A stretch of DNA of 57,040 nt, filler included, from Sphacelaria rigidula (taxonomy: Eukaryota), in assembly GCA_964200075.2 (NCBI GenBank). It is 8 parts of 8 records of this genome, joined end to end, with 100 filler letters (N's around TTAATTAATTAA, not from the genome) between each part and the next. Parts side by side here need not be neighbours in the genome. Positions count along the whole stretch, not along the records: positions 7,144 to 14,186 come from CAXNAA020016792.1; positions 14,287 to 21,329 come from CAXNAA020016793.1; positions 21,430 to 28,472 come from CAXNAA020016794.1; 5 more parts are not named here. One strand, given 5' to 3'. The notes under the pieces are model-generated. The model did no database searches. It was not told the DNA's origin and was given only the letters and a program-made list of their open reading frames with translations. A program made the position numbers and the translations under genes. Shown piece by piece: positions 13,331 through 26,719 of the stretch. Numbering within the stretch: position 1 is the stretch's first letter; each line of letters starts with the position of its first letter.

Positions 13331-14186
13331 AATAGCTAATGTAGTACATCTGTTTCCCATATTCAGGGCTTTCATTCAAGCTATAGATCGTTGCTGAACT
13401 CCTTATGTATCAAGAGATATGTCCCCATATTATCGGCACCAAATCACAGCTGTTTGGATTTTTTGCTGTACGAAACACAAAATATGACAACATTTTACGT
13501 AATTTAATTCAAGGCGTTTTAATTACTTCAATGCAGAGGTTACCCTATGGGTGTGGAGCCACAATGACAGACGTCCCCTGCTCGCCGCTGTTCTTCACTC
13601 CTTTCTTCCCATTTTCAGCCGCTGGGTCGCAAGGTGAGGTCAGTTTTGTGTCCGTTCCGCTTCACATCCTCAGTTACAGAAGAAACACAAGCCTCACCGA
13701 ACATATCTGCATGTCCTCACCAAGCTGGCCTAGCATGCGCCCCCGAGAGGCAGTATCTTGCGCACCACATCCCACAGGTGAATTGCGGACATTCGGATGA
13801 GGTTAACTCCGCTGTAATTGTCCTTCTCCATCTCAGCTAACCCCTTCTTTCGTCCTGGAATCCATTCGTAGATCTAAAACTACTGGATATGAAGTCCTGT
13901 GTGGCATGTAGCTCTGCACCCTTGGACCATTCTTAACCATTTGGGACCGGACCCCCACAAACACAGGGTCGACCCTGTGTTAGTGGAATGATAAACAATA
14001 AGTCTTCGAGCGACCTACCCAATCACGGCGAGGCGAAATTTATCGACCAGACCCATACGACCAGTGCGGGGATTGTTGTCGGATGTGACGCCACTGCAAA
14101 GATCGTGTGGGGCCCTATCCCTGGCCCAGATAAACCTTCCCAGGTTTCCAAGGGCAGGGCGGTCGCAGCTTGGTTTTATGGTAGTA

Positions 14187-14286
14187 NNNNNNNNNNNNNN
14201 NNNNNNNNNNNNNNNNNNNNNNNNNNNNNNTTAATTAATTAANNNNNNNNNNNNNNNNNNNNNNNNNNNNNNNNNNNNNNNNNNNN
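14187..14286. other. Artificial scaffold linker
   Basis: N-TTAATTAATTAA-N, 100 nt. Confidence 0.98.
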
Positions 14287-14288
14287 GC

Positions 14289-14477
14289 ATTGGGTCAGCA
14301 CCCCCGCACCGCGTCTACTCACGTCACACAAACCCAGTCGACTATTTTGTTTACTTACGTTCTCACGCTTTCCACGGTGGAAATTATACATTACGAAGAA
14401 AAAACGCAACGTATCGGGAATCGAACCCCGTTCTCTACAGCAAAATTCGGACCATTACACCACCGGGGCGCGGCAGC
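14289..14477 (-). mobile_element. tRNA-derived SINE-like element, family B (partial)
   Basis: Minus strand has A-box TGGTGTAATGG and B-box GGTTCGATTCC; body matches 51644-51840. Confidence 0.75.
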
Positions 14478-14562
14478 TAATATGAGCAAACCGCAATCAT
14501 ATTTTTTCGCGTATTTACTCAAAAAATGCTTCACTTTGGTGTTAGAAAGGTGGACACGGGAT

Positions 14563-15845
14563 GGTGTCAGGGTCAAATAGGCTCTTCCGTCAACAACGGG
14601 CGGTCGTCGCATCATACATCGATGGTTGGTCCAACCAACGGATACAGTATACTGGCCGCCACGCATATACAGAAAAAGGGACAGAACAGTAATAATAGCG
14701 TTGAGCGCTGCTGTGTAGAGTAACGTGCGCCAAACGAAAACACTCGCGGAACACAACGATCTCGTCTATAGAGGCCGTACATTGCAATACCCAACGGCCA
14801 ACCAGAAGTTCGGACTGTGTCCGCAGAGGATACTGCAGTACTGTACACTGTTAGGGCCGTAATTATCGACACAGTTTTTCGGGAGATCGCCAAGACTTTA
14901 GGCGTTTTCGCACCTTTTTTCCAACGTTCTCCCAAAATGGAGCGGCGAGAGTTTTTCGCCAAGCTTTCACTCACGTTTGGCGAATGCCTAATATTTCGGA
15001 CCCCAGCACAACACTCCGCAGAGTCGTCCTTGGCGCACGCCGTGGCGCTCGCAAGCATGCGGTCGTCATCAGAAACCTTGCTAATGACACCCTGGGCTAC
15101 GTCGTAGAGGAAAAAGCGCCGCGGGGTGGCGGTATCTATCTCCTTAGACGGTGTGTGCCCCGGCAGCGGTGTTGGGGCTTTTGGGGTCAAGCACGATGGT
15201 CGTCATTTGCAAACTTAGGCACTTTCGAAGTGAAGAGCAGAAACAATCCAGTAGCTATCTACTTGCCTGCTGTGCTGCTGCGAGTGCACGCTACCGCACC
15301 GTCTGAAAAGTGTATAGCTGGTGGTTTGATTGGGTGTATCTGCGCATACAACTCACAGAAAGCAAGCATGCTGCAATCTATCTACTGGGCTTTCTACAGA
15401 CGGTATTTGTACTGATGTGTGCTGCTACAGCATCCCGAGAGAGTCGTTCGACCACGCCCTAGCCTGTCCGACTGCCCCCCCATATCACAGGGAGGTTGTG
15501 AGAAGGATGTTTACCACAGTTATGAACGCCATACACGGGCAGGTAGCATAATCCTGTCCTTTATTTGCCGGCGAAGGCAAGCAAACGACGAGATCAGCAA
15601 AAACTGTAATGAGATATCTATGAGTAGATCAAGATAATAGTGAGCCCTAGGCGATTGCCGAAATTTCAAACCTTCTCTCATTTTTTTTATTTGTCGATAA
15701 TAAAGGCCCTTACTATTCTGTCCCTATTTCTATACGCGTGACGGCCAGCGGCCAGTATACTGTATCCATTGCTTGGACCAGCCATCGATGGGTGATGAGA
15801 CAACCGCCCGTTGGTGACGGAAGAGCCTGGCTTGACCTTGACACC
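14563..15845. repeat. Inverted pair of ~135-bp repeats (14563-14695 / 15711-15845)
   Basis: ggtgtcagggtcaaataggctcttccgtca... versus its reverse complement ending ...tgaccttgacacc; no target duplication seen. Confidence 0.7.
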
Positions 15846-18060
15846 AGCCCCAAGATTGCAACAACAGTACGATGTTCCACAACCCCCCGGATTACAGAAG
15901 ATTGACGCGTTGCGAGTTGTGAGTCCAGTTATTGTGTCGATGCGGAGAGACTCGTGAACCACTTCCGTAGGTTTTTGTTTAGTTTTAATGCGTTTCATTT
16001 CATTTTTTTTCATCCTCGAAGGTGAAAATCATGCGCCAATCTATGCGTATTTTGGTGAAATATGCGACCCATGGCTCTTTTTCGCGTCCTTGTTGGGGCG
16101 GTTCTTGCCGGCACAGCTGATGGAACGTACCTTCCAGAATAGAATATTTAAAAAATGCGCATAAAAAGCAAGAGGCTACATTTGATGTGAAACAGGACAC
16201 TCCTATTTTTTCATCAGCTTCACATACACATGGAATAGTTTGCACAAAGCACAAAAACCGATATCAGACCAACAAAAAAACAAAAAAAACGAACACAAAA
16301 CGCCAGGACTCGACGAGCCACACCACATGGAGCACCCGTGGGCAGCTACTGACTGCTGGGCATGGGGTGCATAATCCCGTTGGAGTACTATATGCGCCAA
16401 GTCATGTGTAAAACTTGGCTTTTATGCCCTTGTTATGCCGAAATCTCCAAAAACATATGCCGAAAAAAAGCGCATATGGTTATGCGCAAAATCCTGCTTT
16501 ATGCCAAACTATATCCCCTGTGTTATGCCAAGCGAAAGGCTACATCTCCGGGGAGAAAGGAGCGTGGTGGTCGTCGAGTCGGTGAACGACAAATGGGCGG
16601 GAAAAGAGCCGAACGTGTGGGCATCATGGTTGGTGTTGGCGCGTAGACTCCCCTGCGCGCGATGTGCCGCATCAGGTACAGGCGATCAAGTGATGTGTGA
16701 AATTGATCGTTTAGGTGACAGCTTTCGTTGAATCCACCGCTTCACTAGCTGGGCGCATTACTCCTCGAATTGTGATCGCGATGTCAAGATCGACGAGAAA
16801 GTCACTCTGAATCCGATGTTACACTCTGAATCTCACGAATATTGTGTTTACAGTGTAGAAAGCGATGGCCTTGCAAAGGTACGTTGTCGGCAGATCGGTG
16901 ATCCACGTAAGGTACGAGAGAAACATGATTCCTAAGCCAGGTACACCTGGGGAATATTTGGCCTAGAAAAGGGGAAGCGGTTGTTGGAGGCGGGACGTCC
17001 GTTTTTGCGTGACCATATATCGCGGGTAGCATGTTTTTTCCCGTTTTTCTTTCGAGGCCCGGGTGCCACAAGAGTCCCCCCGAGTCATGTGCGTGAAAAA
17101 TTCGGAGCTGGAGCAGAAAACAGTGTAAATCGCGTGTTTTGCTGTTTTCGCGGCTATTGCCATTTTTCGTACCTTTCTTCGGCAAAAATCGAGAAGGTGT
17201 ACCTTTTCTGAGCCATTGCCCACTTTTCTCACCAGATATCCGGGGTCCCAAAGGCGGTCTGTCACACCACCTCTAGGTGACCCGGATATCTGGCGAAGAA
17301 ACACAAAACAACTATTTTTTTCCTGATAAAAAAGTAGAGCGCTGATTTAGAGTGGGTTTTATCATTCGCGTTAACTGGCCCGTGTCTCATTCCGTGTGTG
17401 CTTTTCTTTTCCTGTATATATACACGTGGATATCCTACTCAGGGATATAACGGCTTCGGTGGCGAGCTACTACAGAAAGCATATCGGGCCTCGTGGAGGG
17501 GTATTTCGGAACTGAATCACTTCATTTGACAAAAATTGATCGCTTCTCACTCCAAATCGTACATCCTGTACTTTCAATCTCCCGAAACATTGTTAAACAT
17601 GCAGTTTCTGAATGTCTCAGTGCACCCGTATGCAAAATTGCAGGGTCTCATTCGAGAGAACGGTGTGAGAAGTTCCTGGGGAGAAAAGTTTTTGGTTGTC
17701 CACCCTGAACCGACCTGTGCAGCCGTCACACTTGAAACACGGTTTGCACCCGGTCGGGATTTCTGTCACAGACGATTCGCAACCTTTACTCGGGGTGTTA
17801 TTGACCATATATATATGACTCCCAGAACCTACTTTTCGGCTGCAGCGCAGTGAATCTCAAGGAAATATAATACCTGAAGCCGTCAAGTTGATTACTGTTA
17901 CGATCCAGATCGGTTCGGTCGAGCGAAAATATCGATGAGCGAGAACCGGGGGCTGTACACTCGTGGGACCCTCGAAGACCAGTGAGCCGTGTCTTGTTCA
18001 AAATTGTTCGTAGATTTTTTTCTTCGCAACATGTATAGGGGAGAGGACCCAAAAAAAAGT

Positions 18061-18357
18061 ACATAAAGAATGGTTGGTACTATGGAGATACCGCCAACCC
18101 GGGCGCTAACCCTAACCCTAACCCCGACCAAATCATACCAAGCACCCTTGGGCAAGGGGGGTGCAAGGTGTTTCTGAAGCAGAGTGTGCGTTGCCAGAGC
18201 TCAAATCGACGACGTTGAGCCGATTCTGGATCAAATCAAACATTCTGGACTAGCTGGGCCTACTGTTCACCATTACACCTGCCCCGAATCATCTATTTTC
18301 TCAGAACTTCCTTCAGTCTGAAAACAAGTAAAATCGAGTACCAACCATTATTTACGT
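18061..18357. mobile_element. MITE with ~21-bp TIRs carrying CCCTAA repeats
   Basis: acataaagaatggttggtact / agtaccaaccattatttacgt; internal ctaaccctaaccctaacccc. Confidence 0.65.
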
Positions 18358-18809
18358 TCATTCCCTTACGTTGACGGGTGTAGGATACGGTTGTCTCTCG
18401 ATTCCCAATATTTACGATCAAAAAGAGATCACCTCGAGTCGCACCCGGCTGATGCGCCTACACATACCGAAAGGTGTAGCCGGGCGTCCGGAATGGATGG
18501 CACGACAACACTCACACACACAACACTTTCGTACGTGGGTTAGGGTGTAGGTGGGCAGGTTGTTGCCTTCAAACCCGATGACTGATGAAACACTTGATTT
18601 TAAAATAAAAAATAAGCATAAAACTTCGAATGCCGCACTCGTCGTCTCATTGTCCTTATGCTCGAAGACGCGCCTTATTAGCGGATACTGCCACAACACC
18701 ACAAAGAGGAAGGAAATAAGGCGCAGAGAGCGCGCCTTCTTTGCGCTAAAAAAGTTCAAAGCGGGGCTCGAATAATGAAAAACATATGAATAAAATATAA
18801 GAAGCTTAA

Positions 18810-18907
18810 CCCTCAGACCGCGAGATGAGTCTTTCTGGATCATGCATACTTTTCTTCACTTGAAATTGATGCCGATTCAACATAATACTAACCTCGTGGT
18901 CTGAGGG
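18810..18907. mobile_element. piggyBac-type MITE (98 bp)
   Basis: TTAA|CCCTCAGACC ... GGTCTGAGGG|TTAA; second copy in opposite orientation at 24100-24198. Confidence 0.85.
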
Positions 18908-20166
18908 TTAATTGAGAGACAAAACGCGCATACGGAACTAAAGCCTAGAAAAGCAAGCAAAAGCTTAGCTTTTTCGAGCAAAACCAGCGGCGGAATGTGA
19001 ACGAAGGGGCACGTAGCTCCTGTGTTGGGAGACAACCGTGCCAAATACCCTTTCACAGAATTACGCAAAACCCAAATGGTTCATTCGCAGCTACCTACTC
19101 AACCCTGCGGCATAGATCACGAACTTAGCGCAGGGACACATACACTGCGGTGATATGAAACCGACACCACCACTCTCTTGGCATGGTGTGTTTCTCCTTG
19201 TTGGCGAAAACTTGGGCAACTCATTTTGTTGCAGGGTCCACCGACTGAGTTCGTTTTGGGGTGGGCGATCGAATTGCCGACGCGCTCATGGACAGTAGAG
19301 GCGGTGCAAAACTGCTCGTGGTTCAAATCTGCTTCGCATTCTCCTATATGCAGCGAGTCAGAAAGCTTTGCTGTCTGCATGTCGGGTTTCCCGCTTCTTT
19401 TCCACATCGCGCCTGCATACTGTGCGAAACACACACACTATCTGGACAGTACAGGTCGCCACTATACACTGTTGTACGGTCTGTACTGTTGTCTGTACTG
19501 CAACGTCCTTCGAATATAGGTACATAAATACCGCTCCACGAATTTCGCTCGGACCCAAATATAGCGAAGCGAACTGAATCAGTTCCGCCGCACGAACTCG
19601 TTCGAGTCGATGAAAATTTGATAAGACACGGCCTGACAGCAACACAACGCACGGCGACGACACAGCAGCTGCCCGGCAGCGGCGCAGCCTCACTTTCACC
19701 TCGCCCTCACGCAATAAGACACAGATGCGTGGAAACCAACTGTCAGCTTCGCTCTCGTCATCTAAAATGGTGAGCAACAGCAACACACCATATATATATA
19801 TATATATATGTATAGCAGGAGCACGGACGCGGCGCAGAGTGTAGGCGTATGCTTCTGTGTGCGTTCGGCTGTGGGTGAGTAGCTCAAGCTCGTGTTGAGC
19901 GGCGCAATTCGTTCGAGACTGTCAGAGAACCACAAGCAGTCATTTCTCACCAACACCATGCGCACCCCTGTGTAACCTTCCGCAAAAGTTCTGGTCGAAT
20001 TCGGAATGAAAACCCCACTGGTTTCGACTGGGTATGACAAGACTAACGGGATCAAGCCAGCTCTACTGGCGAGATGAGCGAAGAGTGCACACGGGCACAA
20101 CGTTTCTGTAAACGGGGCGAACAAAGGGGGAAAACTTGGCGAGCGAGTTGTCTCTCGGTGACGCCT

Positions 20167-20389
20167 GTGTAATGCGTGTGAGGACCGGGTGCTTAGGGGA
20201 CCGCACCGTATTTCAAAACACCCCAGGATCGACGTTTTTCGGAACCAATCGGGCCAGTCCCTGTAGGAATCACACCTCTGACCCTGACCCCAACACTAGC
20301 CCTGACGGTAACGCTAACCGTAACGCTAACCATAGGGGTGTCTAAACTCCGATGCGGTCACCTAGGCACGCGGTTTTCATGCATTACAC
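20167..20389. mobile_element. MITE with ~40-bp imperfect TIRs
   Basis: gtgtaatgcgtg...gtgcttaggggaccgca / tgcggtcacctaggcac...catgcattacac; internal degenerate (CCCTAA)-like run. Confidence 0.7.
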
Positions 20390-21329
20390 CGCTTGTCAAA
20401 GAACAAAGAACAAATCATGTTATGGGTAAAGAGCAGTGAAATAGGATACTTGACCGAACATCACGTGAGACCAGGAAGTAACGAGTTACACCAGGTACCC
20501 ACTGTATATAGCTCACCTCTCCGTTCGTCTTGGAACCGACTAAAGCAAAATCGGTGGCGGAAGAAGCTGGCATTCCAGTAGCAGTGATTGCAGCATACGA
20601 CGTCGCCCCCTTTTCTCCTCCAGCTGAGTGGTCGGTACCCTCGCGGCATTTTGTCGACCGTGTCGTGAGATTCGACACGCTCCCAACATCGCACATAGCA
20701 CGGCCAGATCCGTCATGCTGCTGTTCCTCCGCTCTATTCGTGAAAAGACGGGTAGTCTCCATGTCTTTCGACTACCTCGGCTTGCTCAAGTAAGTTTTGA
20801 GTGAATCAAGGCTTGCTGTGAGGTGGTATGTTAGGTAGGCTACGCGGCGAACTGTACGCATGGTTGGCGCTTGGTCTGCACAGCAATGGATCGCGGGCTG
20901 CGTTCGCACCATGAAGACCACGTGTCATATCCGCTTCTTCAGAGGTCCTAGGGGTCCCAAAAAGGACCTCTATGGTTTTCCGTGTTCGACACGTGGCCTA
21001 CCCTCGCGAACAAAGGGTTATTGTCGGTCTTTTATTGAGAAAAAGGGACGAGACAGCCAGAATCAATCACATGGAACATTTTTTGTGTCCCGCCATAAAT
21101 TAGCACGATTGTTCTTACTTCTTCCGAATCTCCCATTCTTAAGAGGTTTCATCGTGGAGGTCACGCTATGTATCTGAGCATGATCACAGCACGTGAAAAC
21201 ACGGAACGATTTTTCTTTTTTGAAGAGCGGGGCCTCTTTCGGCACTGGACGCCTGTACAGTACGAGCTGGGCCAGCCCAGAAACGGATTTAACCTGGCAG
21301 AGCAATATATCGTCACCGGAAACGAATTG

Positions 21330-21429
21330 NNNNNNNNNNNNNNNNNNNNNNNNNNNNNNNNNNNNNNNNNNNNTTAATTAATTAANNNNNNNNNNNNNNN
21401 NNNNNNNNNNNNNNNNNNNNNNNNNNNNN
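21330..21429. other. Artificial scaffold linker
   Basis: N-TTAATTAATTAA-N, 100 nt. Confidence 0.98.
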
Positions 21430-21462
21430 CCTTGTCTTCCCCTCACCCCCCCCCCCCGCGGG

Positions 21463-21504
<42 letters not shown>

Positions 21505-24099
21505 CTATCGTAGAAAGTGTCGCGACAAGCAACCAGCCAATCAACCAATATTAGTAGTAAGTACAGTTTCAAGAGCAATCCAGAAACTGCGCGCCCGTGG
21601 TTGTGTAACGGATGTGCACCCCTTATCCCTAGCAGCGTTGTTGACCAATCGATATTAGTTCGCTGCGATGCAGTGTTTGCTCGTCGATGAAGATAAATGG
21701 TTCATACTTCCGGTGTCTCTTGGCGCCACTCGAGGTGGATCTCTCGCCTCCCATGTAGCTGGCTTTACAGCGGAAAATAGAAAGGCTAAGAGTAAAACGA
21801 TACCCGCCCTTCTTAGCTTTTTCGTACGTTTCTTTACTGTGCTTCGTCACTACGTGCTTTTATTCACCAATGAATGGAATTGTACTGAAACCTCACGTGC
21901 GGTAAACCTACCGAAAGGGAATGGCAACGAAGGTACTGGTGTGCATTTTTTGCTGACTGTTAGTGGTTTCTGATTTATGTTCAAAAACAGTAAGAAGAAG
22001 AATCGTAGTTCTCGTCTAACTCGCGAAGGGCAGCGAGCCAGGCTTCGAAAACGCCCAATTATTCCCGAGATGTATATATATATATATATATGCATGTATA
22101 CATCTACAAGAGATGGAGCAAACACCATTCAGTGACCGGCTGAGGCAACAGAACTGCGCCACCAGCAGGAGATCTATGAGTGCTGTTTTTAGCGGACCTC
22201 TCCTCGAGTTCACCTCGTGGAATCGACCATTGCCCTAAATCCTGCGTGGCATCTATCTGTACACTCGATCAAACAATTCCATTCTCCACTACAACGACGA
22301 AGACCCAGTCCGCGAGTAACACCCTGTCGAATTGTTTGTTAACAACTGCATGCCAGATATCTTGTAGCGGTTCATTCACTACACGAAAAACTACCGCGCA
22401 TAATTGTCATAGGCATATCTTACTCCTAACTTGAATGCCTGGATATCAAACGCCGTCAACTTGTTCCCTAGGTTGAGGACTATTTGTCATCGATGAGTCG
22501 TGCTACGGTAGGGGTTGCACATTAGGCCCAGTTTCAAATCATTCTGGGACTCGTAACGTTAGGGACTGCACAAAAAAATGGAAGAGGACATTGTGTGTTG
22601 TCGTCCCGTCTATTCTGGACGCCGGTCTTTACCTTTCGGTATATACCTGTGAAAATATGTGAGAGTACGCCAGGATTACTACTCCAATGTGCTTGGCATA
22701 TGACGAATGAATTTACACACGGGGATGCCCTGATCCATATTTCTGTGCATCTAGAATCGTGAGGAGCCTCTGAACTAGACAATATTTCGCCCAGAACGTG
22801 CACCCCTACGTTAGCATTGCTCGTATGTATATGTATATGTGTGTATTGTTTACCTTCCACCAAGTCCGGATCCAAAATAACACAATTATGAAAAGTTACG
22901 TGCATATAGCCTGTTCATTATTCTAAGGTTTCTGAATCAACATTTGATCTCAAATCTTCAAGAAAACCAAGACCAACGTATTTCCGAGTAAACAGCGAAT
23001 CGCTAACAAGCTGTTTGTGATATAGGTTTTCCTAACCGGATTTGTTTTTGCAACCGGAGGTTTTTCCTGAATCATACCGAGACGGTAGAATCGTCCGAGA
23101 CTGCCGTCACTCCCGTGAAATCCCGTGACCTGACGGAAAGTTTTGACGCAAAAAGATTTGAAATCGACGTGGTCAGTGCAGAGTTTTGACGGAAGTATAT
23201 ATATATATATATATATATATATCGAAAACAAAAAGACATGCCCATTTTCGGCCGTATCTCATGGAAGGCGTCACCCATTTCAAATCTGATTTCGCCACAA
23301 TTCCCGTCAGATCACGGGCTTCCCTGGGGTTGGGGGGGGGGTGATGGCCAATTCGGATGATTCGACGGTCTTAGTGTAAATCGCGAAAGTCTCCCGTTCC
23401 GAATAGGGATCCGCTTCTAATCTCACGTACATTTTGTTAGCTGTAATAGGTCCAAGAAAAAGAGGCGCATCGTTGTGACACGGTTCAAACGTACACCAAC
23501 ACCCGAGTTGATAATGATCCTACCGTGTTGCTAACCCGCCCTATTGCCGAAATTTTTCAGGGCTAAGGTTAGGTTGGGGGTCAGGGTTACGGTCAGCCTT
23601 GTGAAAGTGTTTGCGAGCGAGAGTACGTAATTATTTGTCCAACCTGTATTTCTTCCATACAGCATACTTGTGAGTCCTTCGTCCCGAACCCTGTATATAG
23701 TTGTGTCAATCGACAGTGGAACTGACATTGCAATATACTTTTAACAAAAGGGAATTGACGACAGATTTCACGTCTTCAAAATTATAATATGGTTTCATTC
23801 CACCGTTAGTTGGCACCAGCGTGATGGGGTTTCTGACGAAGAGCTCCCCAATAAGCTATATATGAAAAATGAAGGTTTGGCAAACCATCACATGTCCTCG
23901 CGAAAACTTTACAACACAGAGAGGAATGAAAAAAAGCTAGCAAGAAATGCACGCCTCATTACGTTAATGATACTCCCGTTACCTATGGCGTGCCATCTCA
24001 CCGAAAGTTCAATGTACGACCACCTCGTTAAACTAGAATAACTTATAGTCCATCGCCCGTTCGACCCTTGCCAGGGTGGCGTCAATACAGGCACTTTAA

Positions 24100-24198
24100 C
24101 CCTTGGACCGCGAGGTTAGTCTTCTGTTGAATCGGCATCAATTTCAAGTGAAAAAAAAGGATGCATGATCCAGAAAGACTAATCTCGCCGTCTAAGGG
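24100..24198. mobile_element. piggyBac-type MITE (99 bp)
   Basis: TTAA|CCCTT ... AAGGG|TTAA; reverse-complement homolog of 18810-18907. Confidence 0.85.
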
Positions 24199-24889
24199 TT
24201 AAGCTACAAAACACGGATCGGGTGGGTTACGCCGGCCTTACAGGACCGTTCTCATCGGATGTACTTTTCTTTACTTTTCAATCCCTCCTGTTTTTTTTTT
24301 TCTTCCTGTTATTAGTTTTTGCTGTGTCGTGTTTGCTTTCCCTTTTATTTTTCACCACCCTCCTCTTTTTCTCGAGTTCACCTAGCGAGTGTTCGGCCTA
24401 TTCACCTCGTGTGCGTCTACCTTGTGACAATGGCCAGATTCGCAGCAGATCAGCCACTGTGCGACGATCAACAAGTGGAATGAATCTTGACGATGAATAC
24501 CTAGGGTCCTCATCTTTCCATCTTTCCCTATAGAAACTGAAAAGGTTCAACTTCCCACCCACCAGAACAAACAAGAAAACGCACGTTCAACTTTCGTACA
24601 CATCTGGGACAAGGAGCTTCTCTGAGATCGGCCCTTACTGACTTCACTGCCTACTGACCCGCAGTGGCCAGATCACGATCTATGTCACAATTTCTCAACA
24701 CTTGTGGAAAAAGAATCTTCGAAAGCCTCCAGTGGCTTCGCTGCTTTTTCGTCTGCAGTGCGCAGGAAATACCGTACTCGCAGACATGACGGGTACACGG
24801 CAGGACTCCCCTTGTGTCTCGTCCACGATGTGCGCCATACGATATGTCACTTCTACCTCCTGAACAACGCGACCGACCAACCCACCCAC

Positions 24890-25096
24890 CTCTGGGTCGC
24901 ACTCGACGGCTGCCACGCTTTCGAAACGGTAGTCCCCGAGTACCTTACGCCGGTCCGGGTCTTTGCCGTCGATCAATTGTATCCCCTTCGCGCAGACGGC
25001 GATCACCATATTTTTTCCTTTGCCAACACCCTCGAAAAAATGGACGCCGAAATCTGGCAGCTCGTACATCATCCCCACGAACAAGGCTCGCGCGTC
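24890..25096 (-). CDS. Internal exon encoding a FERM F2/F3 junction and C-lobe-like segment
   Basis: CACAG| DARALFVGMMYELPDFGVHFFEGVGKGKNMVIAVCAKGIQLIDGKDPDRRKVLGDYRFESVAAVECDPE |GTGGGT; 69 codons, phase 0-0. The LPxFGxxFF...AVxxxGI pattern is typical of FERM domains. Confidence 0.72.
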
Positions 25097-25276
25097 CTGT
25101 GTTGATTGAGACAGTCGGGGGTAGGGCGAGAAAGAGGCGTACTCGTTTGTTGCTTACCGTTGTCATTTAATAGTTGATCACGCATCCCTCTCGAGACGAA
25201 GCACCGTTCCAACTTTGAATAGAGATACTCTTCCAACATCTGAGCACTCAAAACGTTTTCCCATACATAACATACC

Positions 25277-25650
25277 CCGGTCGCCCCGGTGGCTCAGTTG
25301 GTAACCTCGAAACCTTCTGACGGTTGGGTTCTGGGCCCAAATCTCGGTGAAGTCCCATGATCTGGGATTTTTTCTCACACCATGCCCAACAGTGGAGAGG
25401 GGCAATGTCGTGGGTACACAAATTTGACTTCACGGTTGACGAGGAAAGGGGGCCGCTGAACCCCTCTCGTGATAACAAAACGAGGCAAGCACCGCAAAAA
25501 AAGTTAGAATTCTGAAACAGATACGTATACACATATATGACTCCTGTGTTGACCTTCCTCCTGTGTGGCCCTGGCTGATGCGCCCACATGTACCGAAAGG
25601 TGTAGACTGGCGTCCAGCAATAATTGATTGGATGAGAACACACACAACGC
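25277..25650 (+). mobile_element. tRNA-derived SINE-like element, family A
   Basis: ccggtcgccccggTGGCTCAGTTGG A-box head; body matches 46839-47215 and, reversed, ~9125-9215. Confidence 0.75.
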
Positions 25651-25999
25651 ACACATATCAGAACCTTTCACATATTTTGTCCCCATCCTGTTTCGCCGCC
25701 TGTGGCCACCATCTATCTCCTTGTATAGCAATATTTTCTCGAAACTATATAATGTACCATAGCCTTTTCATGTCACATTCGTGTAGCTTCGTCATCTGAT
25801 CCTCGGGCATCGTAGCCGGGGGAGGGGGGGGGCGTACTCATTTGTTGCTTGCCTTAGTCGTTTGGCCATTGACCACGCATCACTTTCGAGACGAACCACC
25901 GTCCTGCTCCTAATAGAGACACCTTTGACATTTGGGCGCTCGTTACGTTTCTTCCATACATTGCACAAAAAACTTTCACATGACACATCCCGTTCCTGA

Positions 26000-26310
26000 T
26001 TCGCCGTCTGTGGCCACCATCTATCTTCTAGTGTAGCGATCGTTTTGTCGCTACTGCCTAATGTGTCAAACGATTACGTTTACTTCCCATAATTCCCCTC
26101 TAATACGCTCCGTTCCTCCTGGTATAGTTCACATATTGCTACTCTATGAGTTCTACTGGCTATTACCTTGTCACAGGGGCAGTTCTGTGCATCTTCCTTC
26201 TTTACGACGGATCCAGGTGCTCCACCCGAAATCGCGGTTTCAACTTTTTTGCGGAGTCCATTGGGTCATGCAGATATGTTTGCATCCCTATCTCCACTTT
26301 CAATCCCCTA
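26000..26310 (-). mobile_element. 3' fragment of a non-LTR retrotransposon
   Basis: Similar to 41880-42090 (CPC..ES..H...EC region); tail motif cgccgtctgtggccaccatctatct also at ~25694 and ~50241. Confidence 0.7.
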
Positions 26311-26719
26311 TATACAGAGCTCGGTAATGGTTTGTCTAACCATTAACCAGTTGAACGGTTCCGCGAAGCGCACTCAATAACCAATTAAATGGTATATACT
26401 GGTTTGGTCATCGAGCGGCACAGCCGCGAGCCGAAAAGACCGCCGCCTCCGGCAGAGGGGACCCCGCCGGAGGCGCACCCGGAGGGTCCCTCTTGAGGCA
26501 CCGTGATTTGGCTTCACTAGAGCTAAAAAGTACGTCAAACTTGGGCCAATTTTCAAAGGCTGTATATAGTACACGTATCCGGTAACGGGTTATAAAGCCA
26601 GTAATGGTAAATAATGGTTTGAAACCATTATCGAAAAAAATCATGTACCCATTACCATTATTACCACTATAATGATCATGGCCAGTTATAACTGATACCA
26701 TTTCCGAGCTCTGCCAATA

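Noticed and set aside
19117-20816. Several possible minus-strand exons on segment 3
   Set aside because: Splice-like sites exist but there is no consistent phase chain or recognisable family.
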